This document shows, one piece after another, positions 18,439-29,900 of a stretch of DNA of 64,000 nucleotides. Under the pieces are notes generated by a model. It did no database searches and was not told where the DNA came from. It saw only the letters and a list, made by a program, of their open reading frames with translations. Numbering within the stretch: the stretch's first letter is position 1; the number at the start of each line of letters is the position of its first letter. The translations under genes were made by a program, and so were the position numbers. Origin of the DNA: an uncultured Gammaproteobacteria bacterium (GTDB taxonomy: Bacteria; Patescibacteriota; Microgenomatia; UBA8517); assembly GCA_964599625.1 (NCBI GenBank), contig CAZRGC010000002.1, positions 71,883 to 135,882 of the forward strand. Direction: 5' to 3'.

Positions 18439-19190
18439 AGTAAATTCATTTTTTGAAGTCTAATCCTAGCACAACTTGCTACATACTCAAGCGAGTCCTT
18501 TAGGAAATATTTTATATATTTAGAATTCAGTCCAATTTTGGACTGCCCCTTGGTTCTTGGAGTGAATTTTGTCTTTATCTCGCAAATTTTGTTTGTATGC
18601 AAAGTGGTTTGGTAAATAAAGTAGTTAAAAAAACTAAAACCCTTGGGGAAATCATTAAAATCAAGTTTGCCAAGAATTGTATTATTTATGGCTTTGTATG
18701 CACTGTTGTGATCTTCTACTTCTGTAACTCCGGCAACGATTTCAGCAAATACGTTATTCGCAATAAAATGTATTGTTTGCCTGCCAAGCGACCATTTTGA
18801 ATGACCCGAAATTATTCTGCTGCAGGCAACTACATCCCATCCTGAATCAAGCTTTTTTAGTATCCTTGGAATCTCGCGCGGACTGTACGAAAAGTCTGCT
18901 TCGTTTGAAATTGTAAAGTCCGATTTAATTTTGAGTGAATGTTTGAGACCTCTTATCATTGCGGCTCCAAGTCCCTTTTTTCGTCCCGGGAGGAGGATTA
19001 TGTTTTTATTGTTTTTGGCAATTTGTCTCACAATTTTACCTGTCCCATCAGGGGAATTGTCGTCTACAACAAGAATTTTATATTCATATTTTTTTAATTT
19101 TTTAAAAATCGAATCAACAACTTTAATCATTGGAGCTATATTTTCCGCTTCGTTGTAAGTGGGGATTATATATGAAACTTTCTTCTTCAT
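18435..19190 (-). CDS. Family-2 glycosyltransferase (dolichol/polyprenol-phosphate mannose/glucose synthase-like).
   Basis: SYIIPTYNEAENI...KILVVDDNSPDGT is the GT-A DXD-type signature; size of about 250 aa. Confidence 0.8.
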   Translation of the reverse strand: MKKKVSYIIPTYNEAENIAPMIKVVDSIFKKLKKYEYKILVVDDNSPDGTGKIVRQIAKNNKNIILLPGRKKGLGAAMIRGLKHSLKIKSDFTISNEADFSYSPREIPRILKKLDSGWDVVACSRIISGHSKWSLGRQTIHFIANNVFAEIVAGVTEVEDHNSAYKAINNTILGKLDFNDFPKGFSFFNYFIYQTTLHTNKICEIKTKFTPRTKGQSKIGLNSKYIKYFLKDSLEYVASCARIRLQKMNLL

Positions 19191-19570
19191 TTTGGTTGAT
19201 AGGGGCCTTGTTTTATTTCCATTATTTCCGTATTTTTGTAGAAAGTTACTGAATGTGTTACCTCCATTATCAGCACACTATCGTCTCTTTTAAGTGTCTT
19301 TTCCTCAATGATACCGCCCCTTTTGTCGTAAAAAGTTATTTTAAGCTTTCCTCTTTTAATAATCAAAATTTCGTAAACAGGAGTTTTACTTTTTGACCAG
19401 ACTCTCTCGTGTCTGTGAGGAAGATTGGACTTCTTGACGCCTGATTTGTGAAACCCGATCTGTAGAAATGATGAATTTGGCGTAGGAAAGTATGGAGTGT
19501 TTTTGGGAAATCCTCTGAAAATTATTGCCACCTTTTTTGAACCGGCAAAGATATATTCTTCTTTGTACAT
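19187..19570 (-). CDS. Small cupin-fold protein, possibly a WxcM/FdtA-like sugar isomerase; uncertain.
   Basis: 127 aa with a His-containing motif NLPHRHER and a beta-rich profile. It sits between a methyltransferase and a GT2 in a sugar-modification cassette. Confidence 0.3.
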   Translation of the reverse strand: MYKEEYIFAGSKKVAIIFRGFPKNTPYFPTPNSSFLQIGFHKSGVKKSNLPHRHERVWSKSKTPVYEILIIKRGKLKITFYDKRGGIIEEKTLKRDDSVLIMEVTHSVTFYKNTEIMEIKQGPYQPK

Positions 19571-20298
19571 TATTTTTTTTGAGCCAAAATAATAACTGAG
19601 CTGCCAATCGGTATGTCTACATAACCAAAAATTATGGATTCAAGTTTTATTAAAACCTTAGCAATATAGTTAAGAACAGCGTTAACTTCTGACACGTCAG
19701 ATGTATGCGGCTTGAGTATTTTATCCAGTATTAGCCTTTTAAATGCAATTGCCGGGAGAGTACTCATAAATATATAGCTGGATCTAACTATTTCAAAATT
19801 CTGAGATTTAACGATTTTTTCCATTTGGGTAAGGGTATACCGGGTTTTTCCTTGTGTGTGGGTGTCGTGTCTGCCGGCTAGGATGGGAAGGGCTGAGTCT
19901 GTTATAAGAACTAGGCCATTTTTTTTGAGAACCCTGGATACCTCTTTTATGACACGTTTTTCGTCTTTTACGTTTTTGTGATAGAGAACATCAAATAATG
20001 TAACCAAGTCAAACTTATCTTCTTTTTGAGGTATTTTGGCAATATCGCTTATGAGTATTTTTACACCTCTTTTTTTAGCAAAAATTGCAGAATATCGTGA
20101 TTTTTCTATACCAACGACGTCACCATATTTTTCAAGATATTTAGTCATGCCCCCAGTACCCGATCCCAGATCGAGTATTTTTATATTACTTTTGAGCCTA
20201 TTTTTCAGAATTGCCTCAACAAACATTCTTTTCCCCAAAAACCAGAAGTGTTTATCTTCGATGTCAAACATTATTTTGTACTCTCTGGAGTTCATCAA
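19570..20298 (-). CDS. Class I SAM-dependent methyltransferase.
   Basis: Motif I ILDLGSGTGGMT. Acidic residue in VVGIEKS. DVLYH in the post-I region. Confidence 0.8.
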   Translation of the reverse strand: MMNSREYKIMFDIEDKHFWFLGKRMFVEAILKNRLKSNIKILDLGSGTGGMTKYLEKYGDVVGIEKSRYSAIFAKKRGVKILISDIAKIPQKEDKFDLVTLFDVLYHKNVKDEKRVIKEVSRVLKKNGLVLITDSALPILAGRHDTHTQGKTRYTLTQMEKIVKSQNFEIVRSSYIFMSTLPAIAFKRLILDKILKPHTSDVSEVNAVLNYIAKVLIKLESIIFGYVDIPIGSSVIILAQKK

Positions 20299-20322
20299 CT
20301 GGATTATATATCACCCCGAAAC

Positions 20323-20844
20323 TTAGTAATAGCAAACTCCACCACAGCAATTCCCAGGGTTATAGGCATTGATATCCTGACAGTCGGCTGTCGAAGCAGA
20401 CTTCATGACACCAAGTCTTCGGAGCCCCGGGCTTGAAGCTTCAAAGAAAGTAAAGTCTGCCGCCCAGCCGTCGGCATCGAAGTCTGCAACAAAGATTGGT
20501 GCTCCTGTTTTGATCAGTCCGCCGCTTTGGATTGCGACAGATCCGCCGCTCATGGTAAGCGACCCAACCAGAAGCGAGCCTGTTGAATTTATTGTAACGG
20601 AACCGTTACTTAAAAGGGAAAGGGAGGCTGTGTTAGATGTCGAAACTTCGTTTCCGTTTGCATTGTCAACCCCTTCTTTAGTGGATATTGTGCAGGTAGT
20701 TGACCAACTGACATCTTTGTTGTTGACAGTCATTGCTGCGTTGAAGTTGCAAGCCGCGAACGAATATTGAGGAAAAGTAATACAAACAGTTTCTAACAGA
20801 ATGAAGAGAAATATAGACCTTAATGTTTTTTTAATAATATTCAT
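20323..20844 (-). CDS. Small secreted S/T/G/N-rich protein with C-terminal NPGNCCGGVCYY motif.
   Basis: Signal peptide MNIIKKTLRSIFLFILLETVCITFPQYSFA. Low-complexity beta-like sequence reminiscent of the giant protein's composition. Lies 69 nt downstream of the giant gene on the same strand. Confidence 0.5.
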   Translation of the reverse strand: MNIIKKTLRSIFLFILLETVCITFPQYSFAACNFNAAMTVNNKDVSWSTTCTISTKEGVDNANGNEVSTSNTASLSLLSNGSVTINSTGSLLVGSLTMSGGSVAIQSGGLIKTGAPIFVADFDADGWAADFTFFEASSPGLRRLGVMKSASTADCQDINAYNPGNCCGGVCYY

Positions 20845-20913
20845 TATATCGAATATTGGAATATATTAAATTTAGACCTGTTGAAAAGTGAAGTCAATAG
20901 TTTGTATTAGTGA

Positions 20914-23900
20914 CTATTCTGTTTGAACTATCCACCAGTTGAAGTTGGTGTCTTCGGGAATTGGTGAGGTGAAACCGACCTTGAAATATCCGTTGCCTTT
21001 CTCTTTTATATAAAGCACGTTGTTTTGGGTATTGGATGTTGGCGTTATATAAACGAATGTGTAGTCGTTGACCTTGGGATTTCTTATTGTGATATCTGCC
21101 GAATTTGCCGGAAGCACACCTTTTCCAACAGTGGAGTTTGTGTGTATCTCGCCGTTTACAACTGCTGAATTTGTTGCATCTTGTGCACCTGCAACTATTA
21201 TTTGGGAAACATTCACGCTTGCGAAAGTTGCGCTTCCCGAAGCGTCAATTGAGGATACTTGATTACCCGATATGTCTTTGACGGCCAAAGTTGAAGTGGA
21301 AACTGTTCCGGCTACATCCAAGTTTCCTGCTATGGCAACGTTGCCGCTGGTATCTATTGTTACCAACCCTGCCATTATTTCAACGGGGGCGAGCGCCAGG
21401 TCCTGAATCTTCAAAGGCTCTGAAAGTGTGTTAATTCCGGTGGACGCAATTACCAAATCGTTACCGATTGTTGCCGTTTGTGTGACGGATAGTGAATTGA
21501 GAGCTGCCTGATTTGTGACATACAGGTCTGCTGTTGCCAATTGTCCAAAAGAGCCGGAGGCTGTGGATGTTGATGTGTTCCAGTTTTGAGATTCTGACAA
21601 CAAAGCCTGGTCTTCTTGTACTTGAGTAAGTATATCTCGGATTTGATCGAGGTTTTCTGAATGGATGTTTCTGGCATATAGCTCTCCCGAGAAGGTGGCA
21701 TCGCCCGTGCTTGAAATTGAAGCAACCTCTTCGTTTTGGGCATTTGTTATTGCCAGCCTACCGCTTTCTGTGGCTGATCCTATTTGGACTGTTATGTCTG
21801 TTTCTTCAGCAAGAGGGGCTATAAGTTTTGTTTTAAAGTCGGGTGCGATAAGACCCATCGAGATCAACATGTCTTGGGCTGAAATCTGTGTTGCGTTTAT
21901 TGTTTGTGTTGCTATTTCCTCTGCTTGAAGTGCGCCGGTTTTAATATTCGCTGCGACAAAGTTGCCGATTGACTCAATTCCGTCGATTACCTGTCCGGAT
22001 GCGTTTTTGAGTGAGTATGTGGCAATGCCCATTCCGTCGGATACTTTTTCGATAACAAAGTCACCCAGACGGGCGGCTTGTATGTTTTCTGCAAAGTTTG
22101 TAACTATATCAGCATTATTTATGATGAATCCTGCCACACCCTCGGTTCTGGTATTGAGCCAATTTGCCGCATCAAATCTGGGACCTGTCAGTCTATAAGA
22201 GATTTGTGCAGGCATGGCTGAGTAAATGTTTACTCTTTTATTTGACTGGTCAACTTCATACCAAGTTTTGGTTGGGAAGTTGGGTGTTAAAAGTGCTGTC
22301 AGTTTTCCAATGTTTTCGTTCATATTGGTTGTCTTGCCGAAAAGCCACAAGTCGCTTCCTTCCGGTTGGGCATTGAAGTCAATTACTGTTCGATAGCCAA
22401 CACCTGGTAGATATTCCGTAGTCTGGGTTGAGCCCGATACTTCTTCTTTTACACCAATCATGCTCGCAAGATATGTTGCATATTTTTTACCATTAATTGT
22501 GTAAGGAGGGTCGACGGTTCCAACGTCAATTTTTCCTGTTCCGCCGCCGACTGTTAAGTCTGTTCCCGAATTGTCTCCCAAGAACACATCTCCATTGGTG
22601 GCTACTCTGAATCTTAGAACGCCACCAGCTGATGCAACTATCAGGTCTCCACCCTTGCCGTTATTGACCGCCAGTGCCGGCTCACCAACGTTTGATTGAT
22701 TGTCTATTACCCAACTTCCTGCAGATAGGGTGTTTTCCAAGGCTGAAGTTGTGGCACAGGCTGCTCCAGATTGACCGGTACAGAGAACTATTGTTGCTGT
22801 TCCGTTGGTGTTGTAGATATTTTTACCGTCAAGATAAAGACCTGTGTCAACTTCCAGGTTGCCGTTTATCAAAACATCACCGGCGGTGGATAAGGCATGG
22901 TCGCTTGTTGTATCCGCTGTTGAAAATCTTGAGAATGTTCTGGTTGTGAGGCCTGTGACTGTTCCCACCAAAAGGTTCTTGGAGACCCCCAAAACACCGG
23001 CTGTTCCTGCATCGTAAAGTTGTGCAAGAGTGTTTGTTCCGTCAGTGAGCGATAGTGTTCCACCGTCACCAATTGTAATTATTGGTGAAGTATCGACAAG
23101 TGCTATGTCGGTATCCCATCCTGATCCAATTGAGAGTGCTGTTTCTGTTCCCGCACCTGCTCCTGAAAGATTTGCAATGTTGATACCGTATTCAGTGATA
23201 CCAGACCCGGCCGAGGCAGGGCTAACTTTGAGTCCGGAGTATGCACAAGTGCCACCTGTACAACCTGTGAGAGTTGGCGCAGAAACGTTGAACATGTTAA
23301 ATTCTTTTGTGCCTGTCGCTCCTGTTGTATTCAAAGTACCTGTGATATTTAGGCCATTAACAATTGAGTTTCCGGATGTGTTTGAAGATGTGTTACTTAA
23401 TGCAAGATTTACCAAAGACCCAGTGTTAGCGGCTGTTTGTGTATAAACTGCAGAGTTAATATCTATGACGTTGCCTGTTGTTAGGGCATTGCTAGCAACT
23501 ATATTAAATAAGTCTCCGGTTGTGAGATTTGCAGAATCCGTATATGTCATAGCATTGGCTGATGTTGATGGTCCAAAGTAGTTGTAGGTAAAGTTGCCGT
23601 TTGAATCAACCGACATTGCCGGGGTTTGGATAACCTCGCCTGTTGTTGTATTGGTAATGTTGTTGTAGTTGTTGTAGACCTGGAAGACATTATTAACAGT
23701 CACAGCGTTTTTGGTTTGGTTGGGGCTTGTGAGAGTTGCCAAGGTTGAATAAAGCGAAGTATTGGTTGTTTCCATCCAGGCTTGGTTATTGCCACTGCCG
23801 TCGATTCCTGCAATAGAAAGCGTTGCCTTTGTGTCACAGGAAGATGATCCGGAGTTATAAGCGATGCAGGGGAATCCTGCTACTGACAGCGATATTACGT

Positions 23901-26900
23901 CATTAGCTGAGTATTGAGTGCTATTGTCGGAATCTTTGGTTGTATTGGCTGTATTGTCGTAAAGATCCACTGCTGAGTCGCTGTCAATTCCAACAACGGT
24001 GACGCCACCTGTGTTGCCGGAAGCATCATTTATACCTGCATAAATAAATTGGGAGCCGGAGTCAATGCCAACCGACATGACTCTATTGGAAGTTGAAGTT
24101 CCACCCGATGCGTTACCCATAAGTCTTTGGTAGTTGTCGGCCGTTACGTTTGCAATGGCAGAAGCATTGTGGCTGCTTAATGCTCTTTGGCCAACCTGGT
24201 ACATTTTCTTTATCTGTGAGACTGTCATAGCTTCAGCTGTTATGGTCAACTCATCCAAATCTCCGTTCCAGAAGTTAGCCCCTGTGGCACAAGCTGCACC
24301 CGTTGAACAATCTGCGCCAACCCCCAAAATAACTCCTGTTCCTGTGAGTGTTCCCGTTGCCGTTAGAGATACATCAGACGCTGCAAGTTCGCCGTCTATA
24401 TACAAGTAGATTGCATTTGTGGAATCTTTTACAGCAACCAGGTGGTGCCATGAATTATCCAGAAATGTTCGTGATGTTGTAGCTTGGTCGTCTGTTGGAT
24501 CGGCGTTGGTCCAGGTTGCATCGTCATCGATACCAAAGGTTATTGTGCCGGCAGAATTCATCCAGATCTTCCATCCCAAAACCGCAGCAGGGGTGGTGTT
24601 ATAAGTATGGTCAATTATCACGTCATCGTTGGGTGCTGCCGGGGGAGCAGACACCGAATGTTTGAACCAAGTTGAGACAGAGAACGAACCCGTGCCAAAG
24701 TCGTAGTCAGAATCTGTATCACAGGTGTTGTCGTTGTTGGCATCAGAACAGAAGAAGTCATCTGTGTTGTCGAGTGTTACTCCGGTTCCACGGACGCCGC
24801 TTGCGTATGTAAAACCTGTTCCGTTAGCGTTGTCAGCATCAAGCACATTGCCTTTTACCGAAACATCGGTTGCGTTTGCGTTGTCAGCTATTGTTCCACT
24901 TCCGTTGAATGTCCATGAGCCTCTGATGTCTCCAATCATTTGCTCGGAAATGTAACTGCTATTGTAATACTTTGCACTTCCGTTACTTTCATCACCCTTT
25001 TTGTCATCAATAACTGTAAGTCCTCCATTGTGGCCAACGAAGATGGTGTCACTTTTTCCGTCTATCTTTGAAGTTCCTGTGGTTACCGCAAGATCTGATG
25101 GCGATACATTTATTGTTTGTGCGGAGGCAAAAAGATATGGCCCTGCAACAGCACCTGCGCCTGCAATCTTCACACCCGTTTCATCCCAAACATTGTCAGG
25201 GGTTCCATTCAATTCGCTTGCTGAGTCTGTTACAACACTGTTCCATCTTTCCAATTGTTGTGAGGTTTCGTTGAGGGCATACATATCACCTGTTTGTGAA
25301 ATTAAGGCAGTGTTGTAATCATCATTTGTGGCGTCTGAATAGCTGTACACAACATTGTCGGTTTCGTTAATGACTGATACTCCTGTGTCAGTTGCAACAG
25401 CAACATAAGTTTTACCTCGATATGTTCTAGCGTGAACATCATTAGCTGCAGAGTCTGCAATCGGGGATGAAGGACCAGATGTCCAGGTCACAGTCGTGTT
25501 TCTGTTCGCAATGTTCTTGTCGCTGTAGAAGTCGTTGGTTGAGTTGAACTTTTGTGCTCGATCTACTTTGAAGTCAATTACAAACAGTGCACCCGATGAA
25601 CTGTTGGCTGTGTAATAAATTTTTCCGTTCAAACCAAAGGTGGATGATCCAGTTGACGATGTCGTTGCGCCAATCATTTGCTCGGTTACACCGCTACCTT
25701 TATCAAACTCCATCCATAAACTGTTATCTTTTGCATCATAAATATATAGTGCGGTAGTAGTAGATACCAATATAGCCTTTTCCGGGAATTCGCGCCTGGA
25801 GCCTCTCGTTGCACCAGATGCTTCGTTGTACCAAGAACTTCCCTTGGCGCGCTCATCGTTTCTCCATAGACCTCCATCCGGGTCTTGGGTTGTGTCGTAT
25901 ACGAAAGTATCAGTAAGGTTTGCTATTTGTGTCTGATCTTTTTGACCGGCAATGTTTGTATCTTGGTCGTTCCATGCAAATGCTGTTCTATTGTCATCTG
26001 ATCTCATTGCCAAGAAGTTTCCGCTGGTAAGCCCAAGTCCATATATCGTTGTAATATCACTTGTGTCACTACCGCTTGTGACTATTAAATTTGTTGTTCC
26101 AGTTTCACCACCAATAGCAACATTGTTTGTGCCAGTACCACCTGTTGATATGTTTACCGAATTGTTTCCTGTTCCAGTTGCTACGTTGACAGTGTTGTCC
26201 CCGTTTCCTGAACCTATGTTGATTGCGGAGTAGTTTCCTGATCCGTTTCCGATATTTAGTGCTGTTGTGGCTGCGCCTCCAAGTGATAGGGAAGTTGCAT
26301 TTGTGTTGAATATGGTTGCAGGACCTGATCCTGTGGTTGTAATGTCACTTCCGTTAACAGCCAAGTCTCCATTAGCGGTAACATTTCCGGATGCGTCAAC
26401 AATAAACATTGTTGCCAAAGAATTTGTGGCGTATATAAAGTTGCCTGTGAACGAACCACCGCCTGTGTTATCGAAATCAAATGATAGTCCGTTGCCAGTA
26501 AAGTTTGCAGGGCCGGCCTGTCCAAGTTTGATGATATTTCCGGAGGTTATTGCCGAAGCTGTTGCTTCAAAAATATTTCCTGTTGTAACAACTGTTGAGT
26601 TGATCTTGGCAATGTCCCCAATTGCGTTTTCGATTCCAAACACTTGGAAAGCAGATCCTGTTGCGTTTCCACCAACCGTCAAATCATAGGTGGAATTGGC
26701 AGGGGAGAGAACTTTGTTTGCAAGCTGCCACCAACCTTGTGTTCCGGATGTTGCAGTTGTGGTAATTGCCCCAGAACACGTGAGGTTTCCGTTTGCGCCG
26801 TCCATTGTACAACCCGTATCGCCACTGCCACCTTCAAACACTATAGAAGCCGTTCCGCTTCCTGTTGGGCCTATATTTAGTGTTGTTGCGGCTCCAGCAA

Positions 26901-29900
26901 AGTTAAGTGTTGTGGTTGTTGCGTTAAGCAGAGAGAAGCTGGTCTCGTCTGTGGTTATGGAGGCACCATTCACAGCTAAGGCATTGTTTACAGTTGTTGT
27001 TCCGCTACCCGCACCAATTCCTAAAGTTGATGCATTAGTGAATAGGTTTGCAGTAGTTTGAGTTGTTGTCAGATCACCCCCGTTGACTGCAACATCACCT
27101 GTACAAGTTAAGTTTCCAGTGGAGTTGGCAATTGTACAGCCAGTGGAAGCGCTTCCGCCTGCAATTTCCACATCTCCTGCAGAAATATTGTTCAATTGAA
27201 GTGCTGAAGAGTTACCTGAATCAAGTCTTAAGATGCTGCCTGATTGGCTATTGGATATTGAATGAATACCTGTTCCTGTAAAAGAAATTCCCGCTGCGGC
27301 TCCGGTGAATGTTTGTCCTGTTGTGCCCGCCAAAGAAACGTTACCCGTGGAATCAACTGTGTAGTAGGTTGTGCCAGAGTTATCAAATCTAAGGAAGTTG
27401 CCGGAGAAGTTCCCGCCTCCAGCATTATCAAGATCTGCAAAGATTGCATTTCCCGAGAAAGCGTGTCCGTCACCACCACTACCGAGTTTGACAAGGTTAC
27501 CTGTTGTTATAGCAGAGGCTGTGGCCTCGAAAACGTTTCCAGTTGTAATGACTGATGAGTTAAGCTTTGCAATTCCACCGTTTGTGTTTTCGATGCCGTA
27601 TGCCAAGAACTTTGCAGACGAGGTTGAGTTACCACCCACAACAACATCGTATGTTTGATTGGATGGGTAAAGTGTCTGATTTAAAAGTGCCCAGTGGCTT
27701 GCACCCGCAGGACAGTTGGCACCACTACTGTCACAGACTGCAAATCCGTTTTGTGTGAAGGCGTTGGCATACACATTATCCCAAGGAAGAGACCCACTTC
27801 CCAAATCATTTGTTCCTGTTGTTGTTATCGGAATCAAGTCGACATCCTGTGCCACTCGGCCTGTGAATGTGATTGTGTCTGTAATTGCATCACCAAGTGT
27901 AGTGTTTCCGTTAACTGACAAGTCTCCTAAATCTGTAACGTTTTGGTTGTTGCCTGTGATGGCACCTGTTAATGTAAGCGCTCCCAATCTAAGTGTTCCG
28001 GAAGATGCCGTAATGTCGTGATTGCCGGCACCAGTAGCAAAAGTAAAATCAGAGTCTGCACCTGTTAGTGTAATTCCTGTCGTGCCTGTTGAAGATATGT
28101 TGCCATTAGCATCAATCTGGAAAGCGTCACCTGTTCCACTTGTTAAAGTTCCTGATATATCCAAATTTCCTGTAACGTTTGTGTTGTCTTGAAGTTCGAT
28201 AGTTGAACCTGAAACCAATATAACTTGATCAGAAGATGTCAATGTTAAGTCATTTCCTGCTCCGTTTGCCGTAACGTTAACAACCGATCCCTGCAGGGTT
28301 GTTGTTTGTCCTGTTGCGCCAATCACCAAAGCTCCGCCTGGTGTAATATTGAGTGCCCCGGATGATGTTATATCACCGCCGTTTATTGCTGCATCTCCTA
28401 ATGTAGAAATGTTACCTGCCGAATTAACAGTAAACTGTGTTGCGCCTGCATTATCAAATCTCAAGAAGTTTCCTGTAAAGGAACTTCCACCTGTGTTGTC
28501 AAAGTCCATAAATATTCCGTTACCTGTGAAATTTCCATTGTCACCACCTGTGCCAAGCTTTACCAAATTTCCTGTTGTTATTGCACTGGCTGTTGCTTCA
28601 AACACGTTTCCACTTGTGATTACTGTTGAATTGAGTTTGGCAATATCTCCTGAAGCTGTCTCTACACCAAACACCTGGAAAGCAGAACCGGTTGCAGTTC
28701 CTCCGATTGTTAAGTCGTAGGTTGAGTTGGCGGGGGAGATTATTTTGTTATTGAGCTGCCAATAAAGGCTTCCTGCTGGACAGTTGTTGCCGCTTGCGTC
28801 ACAGACCCCAAAACCGTTTTGGGTGAATGCTACTCCGTAAACGTTGTCCCATGGAAGTGACGCGCTTCCCAAATCATTTGTTCCTGTTGTTGTTATCGGA
28901 ATCAAGTCGACATCCTGTGCCACTCGGCCTGTGAATGTGATTGTGTCTGTAATTGCATCACCAAGTGTAGTGTTTCCGTTAACTGACAAGTCTCCTAAAC
29001 CTGTAACGTTTTGGTTGTTGCCTGTGATGGCACCTAAAAGAGTAAATGCTCCAAGTCTGAGTGTCCCAGCTGTTGCTGTTATATCGTGATTGCTTGCGCC
29101 GGTTGCAAAAGTTATATCAGAATCTGCTCCTGTAAGGGTGAGCCCTGTTGTGCCTGTTGAACTCAAATTCCCATTTGCGTCAACTTGGAATGCGTTACCA
29201 GTCCCGCTTGTTAAAGTTCCTGATACATCCAAATCTCCTGTTATGTTTGTGTTGTCGACTATTTCTACACTTGTTCCCGCGTTAAGGATTATTTGATCTG
29301 CTGACGTTAAAGAAATGTCATTTCCGGCGCCATTTGATGTAAGGCTTGCGGTTGACCCTTGCAGTGTAATTGGTTGGGTGGTTACTCCGGCAACCAGTGC
29401 TCCTGTGGGAGTGATATTCAAAGCACCCGATGATGTTATATCACCGCCGTTTACTGCAACATCACTTGCCACAATGTTTCCGCTTGAATCAAAGTGGAAT
29501 GTTGTTCCTCCGCCAACGGAATAACCTGCAGAATTCTGCAAATACCCCGACACCCCAGTTAATGAATTTGAATTGGGGAGTGTGAATGTTCCTGTTGCTG
29601 TTAAGTTGGCTCCATTTGCAGTGAGTGCTACACTTCCTCTTGAGTTAATTACAACATTTCCTGTTTCTGATCCGCCAAGTGTCAGGTCCGACATGTTTGT
29701 TGTTGCTAGATTGCCGTTGCCTGTCAGGTATGTTGCAACGTCCGCAACTGAACCAGAAACAGAAGCTGTTGGAACTCCTGAGGCCACATTTATAAATGCG
29801 AATTTAGCGGATGAGGTTGCATTGGAACCAACCAAAAGATCGACGGTGTTATTTACATTGTAAAGCGCCCCTAGTGCCTGTGCCCAATATCCTGCACCTG

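Noticed and set aside
20914-22100. C-terminal domain of the giants as a peptidase S74 intramolecular chaperone (phage tail-spike type).
   Set aside because: The hallmark Ser-Asp-x-Arg-x-Lys catalytic motif is absent (ARNIHSENL is found instead). Only a loose resemblance in the following helical segment.
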